Source of the DNA: an uncultured Pseudomonadota bacterium
GTDB taxonomy: Bacteria > Oederibacteriota > Muellerivitia > Muellerivitales > Muellerivitaceae
Reading direction: 5' to 3'
Length of the DNA stretch: 64,000 bases
NCBI GenBank assembly: GCA_963836235.1
Contig: CAWIIP010000001.1
Coordinates: forward strand, 480,001-544,000
In this document: positions 61,437-64,000 of the stretch, piece by piece
Position numbering within the stretch: the stretch's first letter is position 1
Layout: every line of letters starts with the position of its first letter
Notes under the pieces: generated by a model
What the model saw: the letters and a program-made list of their open reading frames with translations, nothing else
The model's database searches: none
What the model was told of the DNA's origin: nothing
Position numbers and translations under genes: made by a program

Positions 61437-62534
61437 CTACTCCGGTAGTACGGCCTTATTGGGCCCCACATCTTGTGCTTGAGTCAATAATTTTTCAGCA
61501 TTCTCAAGAAGAGAATGATGATCCTCAGCATGTTTCGGATAAGTTGAGGCGCTAATATTGAGGAAAACGGAGGGCGCATCCCCCATGATTTGCTTAAAAT
61601 ACTTGAAAATTCTTTTCGCAATAATTCCATAGGTGTTATTAGCGGTGTCCGGAAGGATAATTCCATACTTGTTTTGATCCAATCGACAAATCACATCCAC
61701 TCGGCGAAGACTTTTGGAAAGAATTTCGGCCACTTGCGTGGCTACTTGATTTTCTTCCGATTGACTCGCCACCCCACTCACGGGCGAAACTTTCAGAAAC
61801 ATGAGACTCATCAACCGGGAGTACCGTTTGGCCCTTTCAACCTCAATAGAAAGACACTCAGCAAAATAGTCTTTGTTAAAAAGACGAGTCACTTCATCCA
61901 CAAGGACAATGGGGCGCCGCCCATCAGTTTTAATTTCAAGAGATGGGACCGCCACAAATGGGTCCATCATCGGCGTCAAGGGGATATCTACTTTGCCAAC
62001 CGTTTCATCAACAAGATGGTTGCCCTTCCCTTCTTTCGCAGTATTCACAACTTGCAATATCGCTTTTTCCAAGGGTTCTTGCCAACGTTTCCAAAGCGCG
62101 GAAAGCTCTTCCAGTGTTTTATTATCGTAAGCTTGTGAATTCTGGTGCGCACATCCAAACAATAGATAATTTTTTTTCGCCCTATTTAATACCATAAACA
62201 CACCACTGTTGGGTTTTTGAATGCGAAGAGAACCCGACTTGTTAAAAACAGGTTTTCCCGTAATGTCTAAATAAGTCTTTAGGGGAAGTTTTGAAAGTGC
62301 GTTTCGCTCCTCCACTCCCAAACGATAAAGACAAGTGTCCATTACTTCTTCTTTTCCGTCCAACGCCACAATCGAAAGAGGCTCCTCAGGGCTGGCAGCA
62401 CAAGCTAAAAAAACACAATCAAACTTAAGGTTTTCCAGAATATCTTTGCAGCAATTAACCAAATTTGATTGGTCGATGGGCTGTTTAGTACATCTTGAAA
62501 TGAGTTGTTCAATCAAGGAACCGTTTAAAATCAC
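61437..62534 (-). CDS. Degenerate GGDEF-domain protein, likely a c-di-GMP receptor
   Basis: DEVTRLFNK..EVERAKRY GGDEF entry. I-site RRVD is retained while the GGDEF position reads DQNKY. N-terminal region unassigned. Confidence 0.75.
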   Translation of the reverse strand: MILNGSLIEQLISRCTKQPIDQSNLVNCCKDILENLKFDCVFLACAASPEEPLSIVALDGKEEVMDTCLYRLGVEERNALSKLPLKTYLDITGKPVFNKSGSLRIQKPNSGVFMVLNRAKKNYLLFGCAHQNSQAYDNKTLEELSALWKRWQEPLEKAILQVVNTAKEGKGNHLVDETVGKVDIPLTPMMDPFVAVPSLEIKTDGRRPIVLVDEVTRLFNKDYFAECLSIEVERAKRYSRLMSLMFLKVSPVSGVASQSEENQVATQVAEILSKSLRRVDVICRLDQNKYGIILPDTANNTYGIIAKRIFKYFKQIMGDAPSVFLNISASTYPKHAEDHHSLLENAEKLLTQAQDVGPNKAVLPE

Positions 62535-62654
62535 AAAACCTCTTAGTCCGAAGTAATATTTAACTAATTTAGAATCACTAAATTCGAAGAGTCTTCTCGA
62601 ATCTTATATCCGAGCGATTTAAATAACTTTTAAAGAATAATAAAAACACCAATA

Positions 62655-63269
62655 TTATTTGACCTTGATCGCTTGAAAAATAGCACGCAACGAAACCGCG
62701 TCCGGTACCAAAATAAAATAACCGCCTATTTCTTTGTTGTCGTCAACAAACCTGGTTTCAATTGAAATAACTTTTGTCGCGTCATCCAAACCTTGAGTAA
62801 CGGTTGCCAAGAGCGCACCGGCCATGTCAAACACCAATGTGGGAACTGAAATCAGTAACAACATTCCTAAAAATTCGTTCAATGCGCTTAAATATGCACC
62901 TGTCAAAATATTTCCAGCTTCCTTGATTGCAGAATGTCCCATTTCAGTAAGAATCTTGCTGGAACCAATCGGTTGTTTTAAAAGCATATCCGCAAGATGA
63001 AGCGCCGAATCACGCGGGAATAAAAGAAGGATTTTCCCCGTTGCGTCTCCTAAGATAGATAAAGTAAGCCCCGCTACTAGCGTATTTGGATCTCCTACTA
63101 ATTTCGGAACTTCCGATAAAGGAATAACGTTAGCTTTCGGAACAGTAATAAATATTCTTTTTCCTAAAAGCTGGGAAAGTGCTGTCGCGCCATGGCCCGC
63201 GCCAATATTTCCGACTTCCTTCATCGCATCCAGTTGAGTTGGACTTAATTCATCAAGATTGAGCAGCAT
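62655..63269 (-). CDS. cheC: Chemotaxis phosphatase CheC
   Basis: Two CheC motifs, DAMKEVGNIGAGHGATALSQL and SAIKEAGNILTGAY; ISVP. Confidence 0.92.
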   Translation of the reverse strand: MLLNLDELSPTQLDAMKEVGNIGAGHGATALSQLLGKRIFITVPKANVIPLSEVPKLVGDPNTLVAGLTLSILGDATGKILLLFPRDSALHLADMLLKQPIGSSKILTEMGHSAIKEAGNILTGAYLSALNEFLGMLLLISVPTLVFDMAGALLATVTQGLDDATKVISIETRFVDDNKEIGGYFILVPDAVSLRAIFQAIKVK

Positions 63270-63999
63270 TTACGTCTTCCTTGTTATAAAAAGGGTGTTC
63301 AACCTTAAACCGTTTGTCCTTTAAATCTTCGATCAAGCTATTCACATCCAAGATGAGCGCTATCTTACCACTCCCAAGAATAGTTGCGCCCGAAAAACCG
63401 CGTATACCTTTCAAAATTCGATCCAATGATTTGATGGCAATTTCTTGTTGACCTATTACCTCATCCACCCGTAAACCCACTCGGGATTCACCTACTTCAA
63501 CAACAAGAACAGTCTCGAGCCCAGTCGAGTTTGTAACAGCTTGAATCGGCAATTCCAACAACTCTTGAAGTGGATAAAGGGGAATAACATCTCCCCGTAA
63601 AACTATTGTTTCTTGTTGTTGAATTTTCTTTTTATCTTCCGGGAAAACATCAAGTGTTTCAATAATGTTGACAACAGGTATGGCAAATATTTCATGATTG
63701 CACTTAACTAAAAGGGCCTTAATGATAGCAAGGGTAAGCGGAAACCTTAGGATAAAAGTCGTCCCTTGCCCCTTCTTGCTCAGAATTCGAAATGTTCCTC
63801 CCAAACTTTCAATCTTTGTTTTAGCGACGTCAACTCCAACGCCTCTTCCAGAAATCTCCGTAGCATTCTCAACGGTTGAAAACCCAGGTAATGCAATCAA
63901 GCGTATAGCTTCTTCGTCGGTTAATTTTGCCACATCCTCCGAAGACACGAGCCCTTTCGCAACGGATTTTTGGCGGATAACATCCGGATCTACTCCTCG
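63253..63999 (-). CDS. cheA: Chemotaxis histidine kinase CheA, C-terminal part (5' end outside the window)
   Basis: Frame is open to the window edge (RGVDPDVIRQK..). PGFST..ISGRGVGVDV, GTTF.LRFPLTLAII, and a CheW-like P5 domain (GQQEIAIKSL, GATILGSG). Confidence 0.95.
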   Translation of the reverse strand, partial: RGVDPDVIRQKSVAKGLVSSEDVAKLTDEEAIRLIALPGFSTVENATEISGRGVGVDVAKTKIESLGGTFRILSKKGQGTTFILRFPLTLAIIKALLVKCNHEIFAIPVVNIIETLDVFPEDKKKIQQQETIVLRGDVIPLYPLQELLELPIQAVTNSTGLETVLVVEVGESRVGLRVDEVIGQQEIAIKSLDRILKGIRGFSGATILGSGKIALILDVNSLIEDLKDKRFKVEHPFYNKEDVNAAQS

Positions 64000-64000
64000 A

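Overview
A gene-dense chromosomal window from a diderm, LPS-making, chemotactic bacterium, with almost all genes on the minus strand. Canonical TTGACA/TATAAT-type promoters and GGAG-type ribosome binding sites suggest it is not a Bacteroidota. Housekeeping content: uvrB-uvrC, gap-nfeD-SPFH-pgk-tpiA-secG, lnt, an argC-family gene, argB, nrdR, eno, dprA-topA, skp-lpxD-lpxC/fabZ-lpxA-lpxI, lptF-lptG, cheA-cheC, tRNA-Glu(TTC) and tmRNA. One intact IS30-family element sits near the tmRNA 3' end. The most notable locus is 25.1-38.9 kb. There a LytS/LytTR pair precedes a 2028-aa SprA/Sov-like outer-membrane protein with an extra N-terminal FN3 domain. Next comes a 1545-aa FN3-repeat, Thr/Pro-rich protein ending in a FlgD-Ig/T9SS-like sorting domain, whose stop codon overlaps the comF start. 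This looks like a type IX-like secretion module in a non-Bacteroidota host. Other points of interest are a sigma-54-preceded Thr/Pro-rich lipoprotein, a multi-module clan GH-A hydrolase beside a LacI regulator, a degenerate GGDEF protein that keeps its I-site, a DUF1015/CysM/Mec neighbourhood and a frameshifted EamA paralog. All family calls come from motif recognition by eye; no database searches were run.
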